Of a stretch of 56,408 nt of DNA, positions 26,694-36,780 are shown in pieces. Each line of letters begins with the position of its first letter. Positions within the stretch are counted from its first letter, which is position 1. The translations under genes and the position numbers were made by a program. The notes under the pieces are model-generated. The model was not told the origin of the DNA. It made no database searches and saw only the letters and a program-made list of their open reading frames with translations. This DNA comes from a virus (taxonomy: Duplodnaviria; Caudoviricetes), in the IMG/VR virus record IMGVR_UViG_3300032156_000011, positions 1 to 56,408 of that record; one strand, written 5' to 3'.

Positions 26694-29600
26694 CTGTTCC
26701 CCCTCATGCTAAAGTATCTAGGATTGATCTGCCCGGTCACAGAGAACAGCCCCCAGGGGACAGACCTCCAGTTCGGGCAGATGATGGTGTAGGCGTCCGC
26801 GGTGTCCCAGTCGTTTTCCGCCCCGCCGGATAGCGTTCCGGTGATGGTCGTCGCCGTCACGCCGGTTATCACGGCGGAAGACCCGTCGGTCTGGTTCCAG
26901 ATGGTCTGCCCGACCTTGACGTTGGACGTTAGGAACGAGGCCGCTGAGTCTGTGAGTGTGGCCGCGTTGTTGGCCCCCGTGTGCGTCCCCGTCACCTCTC
27001 CGCGCATCGCCAGGACGTGGACGCTCTGGTCGGCGTTTGGCTCCAGGGAGATGGGGGCGGAACACACCGGGTTGTAGATGGACCTGGCGAAATTCGACCC
27101 CGATGCCCGGACGAACGCACGGACTTCGTGCATCGGATCGGTTACAGAGTCCAGGTCGAAATTATAACCGTTCTCGACTACCGATTCGTCACGGAACGCC
27201 ACATCCTCAACGTCGGCGAAACACCAGTCTACCGGGAACAGTCCCAGGTCGTACAGGTATACGGTTTTCGCTGCAACCGACGACCACACCTGGATTACCA
27301 CCTGCGTCTGGTCGGCGATGTCGGCGTTCGTGAACAATTCAGATGCGGGTATGGCTGCCTGCTGGAAGTCCAAGACCTGCCAGGGGTTCAGGTTTGGGAA
27401 CTGGCTGAACCGGGAGACGGTTTCGATCCCCCCGCTGCCCGTCCGAATCAATACCCGAACCAAGACCTCCCCCTGCACCGATGTCCGGTTGACCTGCTGC
27501 GCCCGCACGATGCAGCGGTGCTTTCCGTAATAGTTGACGGCGAACGATGGGCCGATGGTGAACGTGCAGACGTCCTGCCACTGCGATACGCCCGTCGTCG
27601 TGTGCGTCATGCGCCGACCGGAGGGGGCCTCCATGTCGTCGGTGAATACCGTCCCCACGCCAGCGGTTGCTGAAACTCCTGTGGGGTTCTGCTCGTCGGC
27701 GCAGTTTAGGAGAGAGACGAAAGAGGACCCCACCCCATCCTCCCCAATCGGCTTGACGGCCACGAGGAAGCGGCTGGCCCACCCGTCCGGCTCGGCCCCG
27801 CGCGGACCGTCCGCGTCACCCCGGCAGTTGAATACCAGGCGGGCCAGGGCTTGGAAGTCACCCGGAACCTGGTCTGCCGCTACGTGGAAGTGGTTCCAGT
27901 TCGCCGTGTACAGGGCGCGGTTTCCTTGCTGTGGGCTGGACGTTGCGGTCGCCCCGGTTATCGCCGTGATGCGCCAGCGAACCCAAAAAGCAGAAACGTC
28001 CGGGGCTGTACCTCCAAACAGAGTGAGCAGGTTCGCCACGCCAAAGTTGGTAGGTGTGCGCCACGACACGGGGTTCACGCCGGCAACCTGGAAACTCCCC
28101 GTCCCGTCGTATGTCGCCAGGGTAGCCCAGGCCGCCCCCGTCCAGTATTCCTTGACGATTGTCCAACTCGTGGCGGTCATTGCCCGCGTCAGGTCGAATA
28201 CCACGTTGTCTATTGGCCCGCTCGGTATGACAGGGGTGCTCATTCCGTAATAGGAGATGTCCCCTACCGCCGGGGTGGTTGGGTAGATGTTGTACGGGGT
28301 AGCCCCATTCGGCGGACGCGCCGTCCAGGTAACGGGAGCCGCGTCGAAAGTGTAGGCGTGCGTCCCGTTCGCCTCACACTGATTGTTGGCGACGAACACC
28401 TCGTCAAGGCAAGTCGCCGAGCGCCCCAGGTCTATGCTATCCCCGGAAAGCAACGTGATGATGTTCCCGACCTCCCCGGCGTATGGCTTCCCCAGGAGCG
28501 GGAAGTAGACGGCTGAGGCCAGGCCGGTTAAGGTCAGTTGTTGCGTCGGGCTTCTCCCCGTCCCGTCGTATGATATGACGGTAGCATATCCTGCCGCCGC
28601 TGCCCCAACCCCAACGCACAGAATCGAGTCCCCCAGGTATCCAGTGATCCCGTCAATGCGGTGGTTTATCTGTGGCCCGACGAATCCCCAGTTTATCCCG
28701 TCGCTCGATCTCAGGATGTTAGCCGTCAAGTTTAGAGCGTTCGTCTCGTGTAGAAACATGTAATCGTCGTTTTGGTACAACGAGGATATGAACGCGCCGA
28801 GTGTCGCAGACGTGTAAACGGCCTGCCACGCTGTCCCGTTCGTGCTGCGGAATATAGAGACCAAGTTTCCGGCGCTCGCGTTTCCACCTGTGGCAAGCAG
28901 CGCCGAACCATCACGTAACGCGAAGACGCTCCCGACGCCAGCGCCAACAGAACCTATTGCCAGGACAGGGGCAGCCCCCCAAGTGGCCCCACCATCAGTG
29001 CTTTTGAAAACTCCTGTCAATCCGGCCTGAGTACCAATCCCATACAGGTCTGTACCGAATGCGGTTATCGAGAATAGGGTAGAGGATACGAACGCCAACG
29101 ATTGGGCGGGGAGCCAGTTTGAGTTGTCCGCGCTGCGGTATACCCCCGCCGTCGTGTGGGCATACACGAAACCGCCGACCTCGCAAAAAGAGTACACCGT
29201 CCCGGCAGGTGGGGCAGCAGATGCAGTCCAAACCGCCCCGCCTGTAGACGTGCGCCACACCTGCGCCGTCTCTCCTGCCAGCATCACGCCGCCGGACGTG
29301 AGGAACATGGCATTGACGTTACCGACAGGCTGCGCCGTGTTCAGGGTCCAGCGGCCCTCGAAAAACCATCCCTCCTGCATCGCGCTAAGTTTGGAGCACT
29401 GCCCTACCCCAGGGTGGTTTCCAAAACAGAACGGCTTGCGCTCGATCTCCAACGGCCACTCCGGGAACGCTGCGCTGCACAGCTTCGTCCAGAAGGTGTC
29501 CGTTCCGTGCGGGTTTCCATCAGTCGTTGCCCGGTAGTTGACCACCTGCATAAAGCGCGGGTTATCCTCCCCTACTGCCTGGTCCTCGATCCACACCAGC

Positions 29601-29905
29601 CCCTTGTTCAGTGCCTTAAGCAGCAGGCGGCGAATGTTCTGCGTGTCGCGGATCAAGTCGTTGGGGGTTTCGTTGTGGACGGTGAGCAGGAACGTATCCG
29701 AGACGTTGCCGAATTTGTACGACACCAGGCTGCGACCATGCGACAGGGGCGAGTCGGCGTACACCCCGCCGTCTTTAGGCTCTGTCACCGCCGGCGTCCA
29801 GGACTGGCAGTAGAACCCGCTGAGAGAGTTCAACAAGTTAACGGTCGTCACGCCGTCGGTGATTATTAGGGTCTGGAATGGCCCCTGTCCTGTGTAAAAC
29901 ATCAT
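26690..29905 (-). CDS. Large distal-tail protein with BNR/Asp-box beta-propeller insertion
   Basis: Immediately after TMP; STDGGATW, STNGTAW, SSDGINW repeats. Confidence 0.75.
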   Translation of the reverse strand: MMFYTGQGPFQTLIITDGVTTVNLLNSLSGFYCQSWTPAVTEPKDGGVYADSPLSHGRSLVSYKFGNVSDTFLLTVHNETPNDLIRDTQNIRRLLLKALNKGLVWIEDQAVGEDNPRFMQVVNYRATTDGNPHGTDTFWTKLCSAAFPEWPLEIERKPFCFGNHPGVGQCSKLSAMQEGWFFEGRWTLNTAQPVGNVNAMFLTSGGVMLAGETAQVWRTSTGGAVWTASAAPPAGTVYSFCEVGGFVYAHTTAGVYRSADNSNWLPAQSLAFVSSTLFSITAFGTDLYGIGTQAGLTGVFKSTDGGATWGAAPVLAIGSVGAGVGSVFALRDGSALLATGGNASAGNLVSIFRSTNGTAWQAVYTSATLGAFISSLYQNDDYMFLHETNALNLTANILRSSDGINWGFVGPQINHRIDGITGYLGDSILCVGVGAAAAGYATVISYDGTGRSPTQQLTLTGLASAVYFPLLGKPYAGEVGNIITLLSGDSIDLGRSATCLDEVFVANNQCEANGTHAYTFDAAPVTWTARPPNGATPYNIYPTTPAVGDISYYGMSTPVIPSGPIDNVVFDLTRAMTATSWTIVKEYWTGAAWATLATYDGTGSFQVAGVNPVSWRTPTNFGVANLLTLFGGTAPDVSAFWVRWRITAITGATATSSPQQGNRALYTANWNHFHVAADQVPGDFQALARLVFNCRGDADGPRGAEPDGWASRFLVAVKPIGEDGVGSSFVSLLNCADEQNPTGVSATAGVGTVFTDDMEAPSGRRMTHTTTGVSQWQDVCTFTIGPSFAVNYYGKHRCIVRAQQVNRTSVQGEVLVRVLIRTGSGGIETVSRFSQFPNLNPWQVLDFQQAAIPASELFTNADIADQTQVVIQVWSSVAAKTVYLYDLGLFPVDWCFADVEDVAFRDESVVENGYNFDLDSVTDPMHEVRAFVRASGSNFARSIYNPVCSAPISLEPNADQSVHVLAMRGEVTGTHTGANNAATLTDSAASFLTSNVKVGQTIWNQTDGSSAVITGVTATTITGTLSGGAENDWDTADAYTIICPNWRSVPWGLFSVTGQINPRYFSMRGNR

Positions 29906-32880
29906 CCCCTCCTAAGTTCCCGGCGCACGGCGTCTACAGCCTCTTGGTTGCGCCTTGCCAGATCAGCGTTTCCGTAGATGTAGGTAGGCCCCATGTTCAA
30001 AACTACCGACCGGCTGTTGTTCGGGCTGTTTGTCACGTAACTACCCCCACCGCTGGCCCCGCCTGAGTACGGCATGGGCTGCATCTGCGAGATGGCCGAG
30101 TTGAACGCGGGCATGCGCATCGCCGACAGTTCGGACATTGCCCTCCCGATCCCGGTCAGACCACGCTCGAGTGGCGACGGGCTGTTGCCAAGAAACGGCA
30201 GCAGGGCGGAAATGTCAAGACTTTCAACAAGTTCGGCGAACGTATTCATTGCCACGGTGATGCCGTCCAAAATCCTTCCTACTCGCTCAAGTCCGGTAGC
30301 CAGAGGATTTATTGCCCGATCTATGAAGTACAGGAACGAGGGAACGAACTCTGTCATGACGATCTTTCCGAACGTCTGCATCACGGTGGTCAATCCCTGC
30401 AATCCTGGCAGTAGCATCGTCTGTATTACAACGGAGATTGCCTCCATCGTCCTGTTGATGAACACGAGTTCAACTCTTCCGAGAGATTGCAGGAATGGCA
30501 ACACGTCGTTCTTTACCACCTGCCCCAGGCGTGTAAGGTGCGGGCCAAATACCGTCCGTATCTGGTTTGACAGGAATGACATGCTCCCCGGTATCTCCAC
30601 GCGAATCATCCGCGAGAAGTTCGAGAACACCTGGTTGATCGTTTCCAACCACTCTCTAAAGAAACGAATCGTCGTGTCCTTGAACTCCGAGAACTTTATA
30701 ACCAGGCCGTCCAGCGCCGGGCCGATGGTGTTGTTCCATGCGTCCGTCAGCGGTTGGAAGATGTAGGCCAACCTCTCCATGAGCATGGCCTTCGCCGAGT
30801 CTACCGCTTCGCTGATTCGCGTCGAGATGTCCCACGTTCCCGGCGTTATCCCGGTCATGGCGTCCGTCAAATCCTGTACGGCAGAGGCCATGCTCTTGGC
30901 ACCGGCGGCGGCCTTATCGCTGTCAGTCTTCGTGTCCTGTGACTCTTTCGACAACTCAATCAACTGCGCAATCAGCTTGTCTTGCAGGGAGATTCTATCC
31001 TTGAGCACTTCCAACCCGTCTTTGGCGGCCTGCGCCTCTTTGTCCGCTGATTCTGCGGCGGTCTCTTGGGCGTTGATCTGCGCAAGTTTCGCGTTTAGTT
31101 GGGCCTGCGGAGCGCCAGCCCGCAGCATGTCGTTGTACTCCTCGGTGAGGGTGGTGACGCGGCGGCGAGCGGCTGCGGAGCGGAGTTCGGCGTTCCTCAC
31201 CCTGTCCTCGGACTTGGCGAGTTGCTCCTGAAGCCGTCCCAGGCGTGCGATCTCAGCGCCGAACGCGCCGGCGGCCCGCGTGATGTTCGCGTACACGTCT
31301 CCGCTTATCCCCCCGCCCCCGGAAATGCTGGCGGCGATCTGTTTGGAGATAGAGGCAAAGTCTGTACCGCTCAAGACCTGCTTGAGCGGCCCTTGAATCT
31401 TTTCGAGCAAGGAAAAGTCTCCCTCGGTGAACCCTTTCAGCACGGAGGCCAGCCATGCCGTCCCCCACTTGTCAAGGTCCGGGGCTACCTTCGGGGGAGA
31501 ACCGGGAGCAAGCCAAAAAGTGAGCACTGAGCCGATGGCGTTCATGGCCGCTACCAGGACCGTCGAGGTCGCCGAGACGATACCCTCGGCCAGGTTCGCC
31601 ACGATCTCGAAACCAAAGCGCAGCATCTCTGCCGACGTGTTGCTCATTTCACCGATTACGCCGGCGCGAAAGTTGCCGATGAAACTGGACAGGTAATCAA
31701 GCGCGGACGAAAACCCATCCGCAACGAGGGACGCCCCCGCGCCGATGTTGACCAGGATCGGGTACAGCGCCCCGCCCTCCGAGACCACTTCGGTAATAGA
31801 GTCCACGAATCGCATGACTGCGGTGATGACGGTAGCCCAGGCGGGCATGAGGGATTGCATGAGCGCGGCCTGCAACTCTGGAATAACGCGCTCAGTGAGG
31901 GAGCGCAGGGCTTTGGTTGGGGAGTGCATAGCCGCGTCGTACAGGTCGAGTAGAACCGCCCCGCGCTCCAGGACGGAATTGTACACGGCCTGCACTGATT
32001 CGTTCTCTGTCAGTTGGTCGGCGCTCTTTCCAAGAGTGGCGGCGTACAACTCCTCGGCGCGGGTAGTGTCAACCATGAGGCCCAAAGTGCGCAAGGTTCG
32101 GGTGTTGCGGGTCGTGATGCCGTAGATCAAATCCTCCATCGCCTCAGAGGAGCCCATGCCACCACCTTTTAGGATGGACGACCCCTGAGCGATGCGCACC
32201 AATTCTGTTGACCTGGACAAGTCCAACTGGTTACGGGTCATTTGCGCGACCGACTTGGCAGCTACGTCGTAACGGATACCCATGTCGTTTATGTTATCGA
32301 TGGCTTGCGTGATCTCCTCACGAGATAGGCCCATCGAGCGCCCGACCGCCAGCGCGGACAACTCCATCTCCTGAAACGTCCCGGCCATGTGCGCGCCCTG
32401 GACGAGGAAATTTCCAACAGCGTACGCGCCCTGGACGAGGAAATTTACAACAGCCTTAGCCGCCTGAGCTACAGCGGAGGCGATCTCTTTCATCGCGTCC
32501 CACAGGCTCTTCGCGGCGATCACTGCAACACCTATCCCAATAACAAGACCAGTAACAAGACCAGCTGGGCCTCCCAGGGCAGAGACGAGAGTACCAGCCG
32601 CCCCCGCTGCGCCAATCAACGGTCCTATCAATAGTCCGGCAGCCTTCCCAAAATTGGCAGTTGAGGACGCGGCCTGCGGCATGACCTTCCCTAGACCTGC
32701 GGCGGCCTGCGCAACGCTCTTGGTATACGCTTGGATAGCCCCCAGGTCTCCACCCGGCTTTCCAAGTTTCGTCAAGGTTCCGTAATACTGCTGCTCGGCG
32801 CGTTTTAGTTCTCTTACGAACTTGTCCACGCCAGCAGCTATTACCTCGACCCCTACTTTCTCAAATCCGGTTGCGCCCAT
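29902..32880 (-). CDS. Tail tape measure protein
   Basis: 992 aa, Ala/Gly-rich helical; GSPP and NSPS motifs; position after chaperones. Confidence 0.9.
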   Translation of the reverse strand: MGATGFEKVGVEVIAAGVDKFVRELKRAEQQYYGTLTKLGKPGGDLGAIQAYTKSVAQAAAGLGKVMPQAASSTANFGKAAGLLIGPLIGAAGAAGTLVSALGGPAGLVTGLVIGIGVAVIAAKSLWDAMKEIASAVAQAAKAVVNFLVQGAYAVGNFLVQGAHMAGTFQEMELSALAVGRSMGLSREEITQAIDNINDMGIRYDVAAKSVAQMTRNQLDLSRSTELVRIAQGSSILKGGGMGSSEAMEDLIYGITTRNTRTLRTLGLMVDTTRAEELYAATLGKSADQLTENESVQAVYNSVLERGAVLLDLYDAAMHSPTKALRSLTERVIPELQAALMQSLMPAWATVITAVMRFVDSITEVVSEGGALYPILVNIGAGASLVADGFSSALDYLSSFIGNFRAGVIGEMSNTSAEMLRFGFEIVANLAEGIVSATSTVLVAAMNAIGSVLTFWLAPGSPPKVAPDLDKWGTAWLASVLKGFTEGDFSLLEKIQGPLKQVLSGTDFASISKQIAASISGGGGISGDVYANITRAAGAFGAEIARLGRLQEQLAKSEDRVRNAELRSAAARRRVTTLTEEYNDMLRAGAPQAQLNAKLAQINAQETAAESADKEAQAAKDGLEVLKDRISLQDKLIAQLIELSKESQDTKTDSDKAAAGAKSMASAVQDLTDAMTGITPGTWDISTRISEAVDSAKAMLMERLAYIFQPLTDAWNNTIGPALDGLVIKFSEFKDTTIRFFREWLETINQVFSNFSRMIRVEIPGSMSFLSNQIRTVFGPHLTRLGQVVKNDVLPFLQSLGRVELVFINRTMEAISVVIQTMLLPGLQGLTTVMQTFGKIVMTEFVPSFLYFIDRAINPLATGLERVGRILDGITVAMNTFAELVESLDISALLPFLGNSPSPLERGLTGIGRAMSELSAMRMPAFNSAISQMQPMPYSGGASGGGSYVTNSPNNSRSVVLNMGPTYIYGNADLARRNQEAVDAVRRELRRG

Positions 32881-32883
32881 TCT

Positions 32884-33180
32884 CTATCGCGGCTCCTCTA
32901 CCCGCACACGTTCGTACAGCAGCCTGGTACGTTCCCCCTCGTCCAGAGAGTCCCACTCCTGGCGGGTCGCTTCGATTCGGCGCAGGGCCAGCATCTCGTA
33001 CTTGTCCCATGGGGGCAACCGTTCCCAATCGGCTACGGTCATGCGTCTCTCTTCGCGCATCCTGGCTATCGCCAGCGATTCGCTACCCCACCAGTCAAGC
33101 TCCTTGCGTCTCCTCTTCGCCAGCAGTCCCCGGACCTCCCGAACTGTCAGTCCGTCTGGCGCGCCCCATACTGGCGCGAA
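32884..33180 (-). CDS. Tail assembly chaperone C-terminal (frameshift) segment
   Basis: No good own start; WERLPPWDKYEMLA; open in the +1 frame of the upstream gene. Confidence 0.6.
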   Translation of the reverse strand, partial: FAPVWGAPDGLTVREVRGLLAKRRRKELDWWGSESLAIARMREERRMTVADWERLPPWDKYEMLALRRIEATRQEWDSLDEGERTRLLYERVRVEEPR

Positions 33181-33811
33181 ATGAGTCCTCCACGATGGAC
33201 AACACCTCCGGGTCTTGTCCGCTTGCGCGGCGAATCCTTGCCAGTATGGAAACGGTGTCCAATAACCCATTAGCGCCGCTTCCAAATATGTACCCGGTGG
33301 CGAATAAAATCTTGCGCTCTTTATCATCCCCCGGAACCAATCCGCCAAATCTCTCGATCTCAGCGGCCCACTTTTCAAGCAGAGAATCGTCAACCACTCG
33401 TATACCTTCGGTGACGACGATCTCGACAGTCGCATCGTTTGACTTTATGCTAAATCTCTTCTCAGCCTCTTCTTTTTCGCGGACGTACTCTTTCCACGCC
33501 TTTTTGTCTTCTGCTGGTGTATCTTTCCGACCCACCCACTCCTGGTCTATGTCCTGCTTGATGGACACCCCGCCAGCGCCGTGTATGATTCTATTTGGTA
33601 TGGGTGGAAACCCCCCATCCATTTCCATTCTCGATCTGATGGCTGAGGATACAGCCTCTAGTTTACCCTGGATCGGTAGACATTCGACCTCTACGCCCGT
33701 CGTCGTTGTATAGTAGATTGGCCCGGAAAGTTCGGCTATTCTTTTACTCAGGTCGTTCCCCAGGGCGTGCTGTGAACCGTCCTTTCGTCTCGTCGATCGT
33801 TTCTTTGTCAT
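33095..33811 (-). CDS. Tail assembly chaperone
   Basis: Between major tail and TMP. Confidence 0.7.
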   Translation of the reverse strand: MTKKRSTRRKDGSQHALGNDLSKRIAELSGPIYYTTTTGVEVECLPIQGKLEAVSSAIRSRMEMDGGFPPIPNRIIHGAGGVSIKQDIDQEWVGRKDTPAEDKKAWKEYVREKEEAEKRFSIKSNDATVEIVVTEGIRVVDDSLLEKWAAEIERFGGLVPGDDKERKILFATGYIFGSGANGLLDTVSILARIRRASGQDPEVLSIVEDSFRASMGRARRTDSSGGPGTAGEEETQGA

Positions 33812-33919
33812 TCCTATCCCTCCCTAGGATAAAGCCAACCCGATCCAAGCTGATGGAGGGTTCAGCAGGGACCGGGTTGGCGGTCTTGAAAAGTAATCGG
33901 CCCTCCCCCGATTGGTCTC

Positions 33920-35503
33920 TTACGACACGCCGCCGACGGGAAGCCCTTCCTCAATGAATACGAGGGACGTTGCGTCGGAAACCTCGCCGGCGGTGAAAAA
34001 GTGGTTGTAATTGTCGCACGGAAGGACAGCCACGCCGCCGGTGTAGTTGAAGACGGTCACGGCGTTGTTGGGGTCAAAGTACGTCTCCCAGTCCCACCCG
34101 CCGTTTACCGTGCGGAAGGTGACGACCAGGCGGGCCGTCCCGGTGTTCACAGCGCCACAGATGTAGCCGCAAAACTCGTCGGTGAACTTGATGTCGCCCA
34201 GGTTTTCGATTGTCCCGCCGGGAAAGTTGAGCGCGGCGTACAGTCGGGGCAGGTAGTCAACCCAGTTGCGCCCGCCGTCTGTCGTCCTGAACAGTTGGGC
34301 GATAGACGTGTTGGTGTCCTGTCCACACAGCCACACCTTGAACTGGGTGTGGACGCTCGCGCCGTTGTAGATCGAATCTGCCGTCCCGGGGGCCGTCGGG
34401 GAGTTGTTCCAGTGATCCCCGCCGTCCACGGTGTAGACCAGCAGTTGCAGGCCTCCCCCGGCCCAACCGTGATTCTCGTCCACAAAGTCAATGCAGCGGA
34501 TCGGCTCTCCGGCGGGGGAAGCGACGACGGTTTGCTGAACCCAGGTCGCCGCCGCGTCCACGGACTTGTAGATGCCGCCGGCGTTCGTTCCGAGCCACAT
34601 GCGGTTGTGCTTGGGGGCAAACAGCGCGTTGCCCCAACTGACGAACTCGCCGTCTGGGGTAGGAAGGTCAACCAGGTGCCACGTCACCGCCCCGTCGTCT
34701 GTGTACCCGACCTCGGCGGGGTTCCCGGCATCGGTCGTCCCTCGCGCAACGAGAACGCGGGACTGGCGGTTTCCCGTCAAGAAACACTCGACGGCGCTGG
34801 CTGCCTCGGTGACTGCGAACGGCAGGGCGGCACCGACGGTCCAAGTCTTACCAGCATCGTGGCTGAACCAGACGTTCGCCTTGATCGCAACGTCCCCGTC
34901 CGTCACAGCCACCAGGTCGTTGCAGGCCAGCACTTGCGGCCCGCACGCGCTGGCGCACTGGGAGACGCCGCACGAGGCGATGTCGCGCAGCGGCTTGGCC
35001 TCCGTCAATCCGTGCGTAGTGATGATCAGCGGCCAGTAGCGGGGGGCATTCGGCTCGGCCTTCAGGTCGAACGACTGCATGGAGTCGGTAGCCCCGTCAC
35101 CCTCAGCGACGGCACGTTTCATGAAATTGGTCGTCTTGGCGGCGGTGATGAACGGGTATTTCAACACCTGCCCACGGACGTAGGCGGAGAAGATGTCCGC
35201 AGGGCTTCCGCACACGTCGTGCGCGTAAAAGATGAACGGGCAGCGGTTCGCCAAAAACCGCTCCAGCCACGTCTGGTTCTGCTGCAATCGCGGCTCGATG
35301 GTGACGGTAGCGGCGGAGGGAGCTCCCTGCGTTCGGTGCCCGGACACGTAACGGTCATTCTCGTCCAGGCACATTGGCCCGGATACATCCCCTGGCGTCT
35401 CCCCGATCTCACCGACGTTGGCGCACAGGAGGGGGTAGGTCGGATCTCCTGGGGCAGATTGTACGAACACGGCCCCGTTCTTGTCTGTCAAAAAGTTTGG
35501 CAT
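33920..35503 (-). CDS. Major tail tube protein with C-terminal BNR beta-propeller
   Basis: Position; SHDAGKTW, TDDGAVTW, TVDGGDHW, TTDGGRNW, TVNGGWDW repeats. Confidence 0.7.
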   Translation of the reverse strand: MPNFLTDKNGAVFVQSAPGDPTYPLLCANVGEIGETPGDVSGPMCLDENDRYVSGHRTQGAPSAATVTIEPRLQQNQTWLERFLANRCPFIFYAHDVCGSPADIFSAYVRGQVLKYPFITAAKTTNFMKRAVAEGDGATDSMQSFDLKAEPNAPRYWPLIITTHGLTEAKPLRDIASCGVSQCASACGPQVLACNDLVAVTDGDVAIKANVWFSHDAGKTWTVGAALPFAVTEAASAVECFLTGNRQSRVLVARGTTDAGNPAEVGYTDDGAVTWHLVDLPTPDGEFVSWGNALFAPKHNRMWLGTNAGGIYKSVDAAATWVQQTVVASPAGEPIRCIDFVDENHGWAGGGLQLLVYTVDGGDHWNNSPTAPGTADSIYNGASVHTQFKVWLCGQDTNTSIAQLFRTTDGGRNWVDYLPRLYAALNFPGGTIENLGDIKFTDEFCGYICGAVNTGTARLVVTFRTVNGGWDWETYFDPNNAVTVFNYTGGVAVLPCDNYNHFFTAGEVSDATSLVFIEEGLPVGGVS

Positions 35504-35517
35504 TTCTCTGCTCCTTT

Positions 35518-35952
35518 CTACTTTCTCGATTCGTATTCACGGGCAGCCTGGTGAATCGTCCCGGCGTTCGGGACGTTGGCGGCCTCGTTGATTGCAACCA
35601 TCACGCGGGAACAATTGCGGCTAACGTCGCCCGATTCCCAGATACCCCGCGTGCGCAGCGCCTTTGCCAAGGGGACGACCATGCTGTCCTGAACGCGCCC
35701 GGCGAGCGCAGATTCCCAGTTCACCCCTACCGGCGCACCGGCTTCCAGGATGTCGGCGGGGCACGAGTCGCCGACCACAGCATCGCGGGGAACGTAGGCG
35801 CGGTGTGCGTCGTCCGCCGTGCGCCACTCCACGAGGGCGCTTTGCCCCTGTGCCCGTATCACCTTCACAGGAATGGAGACAGGCGCACGCTTTGCGCGGG
35901 CCGGCGTAGGGCCGGCGGCGTCTTTTTCGTTTTCGTCTTTTTCGTCTGTCAC
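35518..35952 (-). CDS. Hypothetical virion-module protein
   Basis: Coupled in head-tail operon. Confidence 0.65.
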   Translation of the reverse strand: MTDEKDENEKDAAGPTPARAKRAPVSIPVKVIRAQGQSALVEWRTADDAHRAYVPRDAVVGDSCPADILEAGAPVGVNWESALAGRVQDSMVVPLAKALRTRGIWESGDVSRNCSRVMVAINEAANVPNAGTIHQAAREYESRK

Positions 35953-36482
35953 TTCGCTTTCCTCTTTCCGCGAGCAATCGCGTTTTTCATTTCGCGGGCG
36001 AACCAGGTTTTAGACCACCTGGCTATGGCGGGTATGAAAGGGCGGGCCTTTATGCCTTTGATGTTTTCTTTCTTGATTCGCTTCACGAAAACCATAGGCC
36101 CGCTGGACGTTCCTGGACCCTTGTAACCAGGTCCCCGTACAGTGGTGTGTGGCTTGTAATTGGCGGGGAATGCCAGCACCCCGCCCGGCTTCTTTGGAAC
36201 GATGTCCTTTTTAGGTGGCTTCGTTCCCTCAGTTACCCAAATCCAGTATTTTTTGTTGGGACCTACTGCCCACACCCGGACGGTTATCCCCTCTTTGGTT
36301 ACGAACTTTGCCGCCTTAAATTCTGGTGGGTGGTCCCACGGCGCGACGATGTTTTGATGGTACTTTAGCACACGCGGCTTGACCACATCGTCAATCGTCT
36401 TCTTTACCTCGTCGGCTATCAGCGTCCACTTGGGATGCCCACTGGTGGCCTTCCGTATCGGCCTGAACAGAACGTTCGGCAT
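35949..36482 (-). CDS. HK97 gp10-like tail completion protein
   Basis: YWIWVTEGTK...GIKARPF motif; GGAGG RBS. Confidence 0.75.
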   Translation of the reverse strand: MPNVLFRPIRKATSGHPKWTLIADEVKKTIDDVVKPRVLKYHQNIVAPWDHPPEFKAAKFVTKEGITVRVWAVGPNKKYWIWVTEGTKPPKKDIVPKKPGGVLAFPANYKPHTTVRGPGYKGPGTSSGPMVFVKRIKKENIKGIKARPFIPAIARWSKTWFAREMKNAIARGKRKAK

Positions 36483-36780
36483 TTTCCTCCCTGAACGATT
36501 CTCTCGGCAGTCCGGGAACGTCGCGCACGTCGAAAAGTTGGCGACGGCCTGCCCGCACTTCGTAATGGCAGCACGAGGCCGACCCCACCCCCTGGTAGTC
36601 AGCCAGGGCGACAAGCAGCTTGAACCCGACCTCGCCCGGGAACTTGTCCCCGGACTTGCGCGTCCAGGCCAGCGAGAGGGGGAGACCTCCCCCACCACTA
36701 CCGCCGCCGCCTCAGCCCCAGGGGGACAACCAGCGCGGCCTGCACAACTCGTGCGCCGATTGAACCGCGTCGAAATCCAT
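36391..36780 (-). CDS. ORF with in-frame TGA at codon 23 (candidate selenoprotein / readthrough), 129 aa
   Basis: ATG overlaps the upstream TGA (TGATG); TGA at 36712-36714; frame stays open to 36391; SECIS-like hairpin downstream. Confidence 0.5.
36678..36693 (-). promoter_or_regulatory. SECIS-like hairpin GGGGG-AGGUCU-CCCCC
   Basis: Stem starts 18 nt after the in-frame UGA; AGGUCU apex as in the E. coli fdhF SECIS. Confidence 0.45.

Noticed and set aside
32390-32455. 33-bp tandem repeat in tape measure gene
   Set aside because: Ordinary 11-residue TMP periodicity.
34001-35554. 517-aa + strand ORF and other long antisense ORFs (e.g. 7570-8469, 18822-19586, 22853-23659)
   Set aside because: Shadow ORFs opposite well-supported genes, expected at high GC.
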